The notes beneath the pieces were generated by a model that searched no databases, was not told the origin of the DNA, and saw only the letters and a list, made by a program, of their open reading frames with translations. Both the position numbers and the translations under genes were made by a program. Of a stretch of 64,000 nt of DNA, positions 60,673-64,000 are shown piece by piece. Position 1 is the first letter of the stretch, and each line of letters starts with the position of its first letter. Source of the stretch: Camelus dromedarius. Lineage: Eukaryota. The stretch covers positions 70,122,001 through 70,186,000 of the forward strand of contig NC_087449.1 of NCBI RefSeq assembly GCF_036321535.1, read 5' to 3'.

Positions 60673-61599
60673 GTAGGTCGTAGGTGTGGGGGGCGACCTG
60701 GGGCCCGCGTGGGCCGCAGAGTGGGCTCCATCCTCCCACATCAGGGTCTGCACTCAGCACCTGCTGTGTTCAGCGGCCGAGCGAGCAGACCAGCCTCCAT
60801 CCCGGGCAGGGCAGACATTCATAGTGGACACGAAGAGTCAGGTGGTCACACGGGGTGGCCGTGAGTCTGGAGGGCGGTCACTTTGAAGCAGGTGGCAGGG
60901 GAGGCCTCCCTGAGGAGCTGACCCCCAGGCTGGGGCCTGAATAATGGGGAAAGAGCACCCAGGGGTGGGAGCCGGGAGAGGCCAGCAGGGCAGCTCAGGG
61001 ACCGGGGTGGCACAGAGGTCAGCTGCCTGCACGGTCGAGTCCCCTGGGCAGCGTTACTCAAGGCCATTCTCAGAGAGACCTGGACCTGCAGGCTCAAACA
61101 CCCTGGCAGGGATCTCAGGGGCGGTGCACCTCTCTGCCCTGCCCGCCCTGCGCCCCCCCCACCTCTGTCCGTCTGTGCATCCGCACGAGGGGAGGGTACC
61201 TGCGGCTCCAGGAGGGCAGAGACAGGTGATGTGGGACAGCGCAGAGTGGCTCGGCCAAGAGGGTCTCATGGCGGCTTCTTGGCCGCCCAGATGCTTCTAG
61301 TCATGAAGCAGGTGTGCTGGGTCCTTCCCGGGCCAAACCTGGGTGGGCCTGCAGCTCCGAAGGGCTGGCAGTGAGGAGACCGACTCCCCCCACTTGTAAA
61401 CATGGAGCCGGGGGGTGCAGGGTCAGCACCTTCTGAGCCGCCCAGCCAGGGTGGGCCCAGGAGAAGCCTGTCCTCGACAACACCACACTCCTGCCTCCCC
61501 CCTGGCCCGTCCAGACAGAGTCCTCTCAAAAATGAAAAGGCAGGCGAAGGTGCCCGGAGCCCTGGCCTGGGGGCCTCATCTCAGCGCCGCTCTCCCCAG

Positions 61600-61704
61600 G
61601 GCAGCCGTGGGCCGCCTGGAGGCAGCGTCCCGACGCCTGCGCTTGGAGCTGGAGAAGGAGAGAGACCTGCAGTCCAGAGTCACAGCCGTGCTTCAGGAGA
61701 GCGA
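61600..61704 (+). CDS. CFAP74: CFAP74 fifth coding exon (AAVGRLEAASRRLRLELEKERDLQSRVTAVLQESE); the gene continues beyond the right edge
   Basis: CAG acceptor ending at 61599, GTAAGT donor at 61705, 105 nt. Seen in ORF 61415..61708. Confidence 0.92.
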
Positions 61705-62544
61705 GTAAGTCCCGGGGTCACACACGGGACGGGTCTGAGTATGAAGGATATGTTTTGCACTTGACTTTCAAGTTGCCTGAAAACTGAATGGTAACCAGGA
61801 CTTCACACGTTTTAAGTGTTTTTCTCTTTCTCGGTGTTTGAGTTCTTAGGATCTATGCAGTCAGCTTCTTTTCCCTTTTTTCCTGGTCTCTGTGCTTCTG
61901 CGAACAACCAGCGTGGTTTTAAAAAGTGCTTCTCACCTTTCCTAGAATCACCTCCCTCCACCCCCCCCCCCCCGAGACCGCTGCCCTGTGTCAAGTACTT
62001 CCTGGTAGAGGGTTTGGGCTGTAAACGTCAGGACTGCCTCCAGCTGGCTTAAGGGTTTAGGAAGAGGCATGAGGGACAGAATCCGACTCTGGGCAGATCC
62101 CGGCCCGACTCCCGGAAGTTCAGCCGTCCAGGCCCCTGGAGACCCAGCAGGCGGGGAGCTTCCACCAGGGCTGGGGGTCCGACGACACAGCTGCCTCACA
62201 CCCTTCTGCCCCGACGGAGCCCCCGGCCCGAGTCTCAGCTCGCCCGCGGCGCTGGCCACACGGGTGTCCGGCCCTTTGCAGGAGGCGCCCGCAGGGCTGG
62301 GAGTGGGCGTTGAGTGCCGGGAGCCTCCCCCGGCGACTCATGGGGCCGGAATCAGTCTCTGGCCCGTTCCTCTTGTGATGCAGTCTGCCCTGATCCCCTG
62401 TGTCCTGTGGGCCAAGCTGTGACGCCCTCTGTAAACTGGGGAGGAGGGGTCCTTGTCCTGACAGCGTCCCTTCCCCACCAGCTCCGGAGCAGCAAAGACC
62501 TGGTGGCCTTGTCTTTCTCGATCACTGCGTCCTCCATTTACTTT

Positions 62545-63720
62545 TTTAAAAAAACTTTAAAATTTTGAAACAACTTCAGATTTACAGAAGAGCTGCAAAA
62601 TAGCACGAAGAACCCCTGTGTCCCCTTGGCCCCATCATCCCAGTGACACCTTCACAGCAAGGAGGCCCCACTTGGGGGTCGTGGGGTGGTCCTGCGTCCA
62701 GCTGGAAGGACCCCCAGCCCCCCCCCCAACCGTGACACACATGACCTTGATAGTTTGAAGATCCTGGGCCGGGAAAGGTCCCTCACGTCGCCCCATGTGC
62801 TGCCCCCTCGGGCTTGTCGTCTGGCGTCCACCCCCGACGTGCTGCCGCATCCTGCCTGGTGTCCTTGCGGTGAGGCGCCCGATGCCCGCTGGCCCTGTTC
62901 CGTGGGGGCTCTGACCTCTTGGATGAGGGATGTCTGCAGACTTTCTCCATCGCCGAGTCATGCATTTCTCTCGGAAACTAACATGTACTTTGTGGTACAA
63001 ACTGCAAGACTCTGGAAGACCCCATCCTCTTCCTTCTCCGCACTCTGGTTTTCGCATTTACTGGTGTTTCGTGTTTGAACCAGTTAAGATGGCTGTTGCC
63101 AAAGTGCGCCTTTCTAGCTCCGTCATCCCATCCAGCTGTGTGAGTCAGCATGCTGCTGTGAGGGGCACCTTTCCCTTCTCCACATTCGTTTATGCTTCCG
63201 TGTGACTCTCCCATTCCCGTTTCATTCGGTGGGTCACGGTCTCTCCCGTCGTCACTTATTCTGACGCTCCAGTCGTCGCAGATTTGGCCGCGGGACCTCT
63301 TTCAGGCTGGCTCCTCTGTGCTTGTGACTCGCCCCGCACTTCCTGGCATAAGGACGCGGTCCAGGCCCCCTCATTTATTGTCCGCCCCAGCCCTGGACCC
63401 AGGCAATTGTCCAAGGAGGCCTGGTTCCTCACAGGGCAGAACGGTGTCTGGGGACAGAGCTGGGTGCTGGGTGCTGGGTGCTCCCCTGCTGCTCCAGGCC
63501 CTCCCCCAGGCACCCGGGAAGCGCATGCACGTCTGTGCTGTCTGCACTGAAGCCACGCACTCACAGTGGAATTCTGGCTCCAACAGAATCAGCAGTCCAC
63601 CTCGTCCCCTGTCTGACCTGGACGTCCCTCCTGTGACAGACAGAAACCTGCCTCTCTCCTAAACACTTCCAGCTCTCTCTCCATACCTCCAAGTGCCCAT
63701 CTGTGGCCCCTGCCCAGCTG
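62545..63720 (-). mobile_element. Old L1ME/L1MD-like 3' UTR remnants
   Basis: ttttgaaacaacttcagatttacagaagagctgcaaaatagc and ccaaggaggcctggttcct; related to the segment at 38900-39050. Confidence 0.55.
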
Positions 63721-64000
63721 CCCGCACTCCGACGCACTCCTGCAGCCCTGAGCCCCCAGGCCGGCGCCCGTCCTTCCCCCGTGAGCGTGGCTGCTGCCAG
63801 GTGGTGCGTTTACTTCGTCTTTAATCCGTGTCACCTATGTCTAACTTACATGCAAGGAAACGCATGTGTCCCTCACGCCTATTCTCCATCCTCAGACCCC
63901 AGGCAACCTCTCTGTCCTCTGTCCCTTTGCGTTAAGCGTGCAGAGCCTGCAGGCTGTACTCCCCGGGCCTGGCTGCTGCGCCGTGCACAACAGTTACGAG

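Noticed and set aside
61705-64000. Next CFAP74 coding exon
   Set aside because: No segment resembling the expected continuation was found; it probably lies beyond the window.

Overview
GC-rich mammalian genomic DNA, almost certainly from a camelid, based on five tRNA-Ala(AGC)-derived Vic-1-type SINEs. It is syntenic with human 1p36.33. Three intron-containing genes were reconstructed by hand from splice sites and reading phase. (1) PRKCZ, minus strand: coding exons 1-4 (PB1 domain); the gene continues off the left edge. (2) GABRD, minus strand: all 9 exons, 1356 nt CDS, 451 aa, poly(A) signal at 22135-22140. (3) CFAP74, plus strand: CpG-island promoter at about 42.5-43.3 kb and five coding exons at 58.8-61.7 kb; the gene continues off the right edge. 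Intergenic and intronic space holds MLT1 LTRs, L2/MIR relics, hAT-Charlie MITEs, nested L1 remnants including one spanning both ends, and four N-blocks. I found no evidence of a wholly new gene system. The most interesting unexplained signals are: a perfect-half-site, long-spacer RE1/REST element in GABRD intron 1; a repeated GC-box/CACCTG/CCAAT module in the PRKCZ promoter; paired alternative donor and acceptor sites in CFAP74 that restore frame only when used together; an X-box whose ATG could open a uORF in frame with CFAP74; an AT-to-GC substitution bias seen in repeats and in the CFAP74 protein; and a multi-level nest of transposons. Comparisons to human proteins and repeat consensus sequences are from memory and need alignment to confirm.
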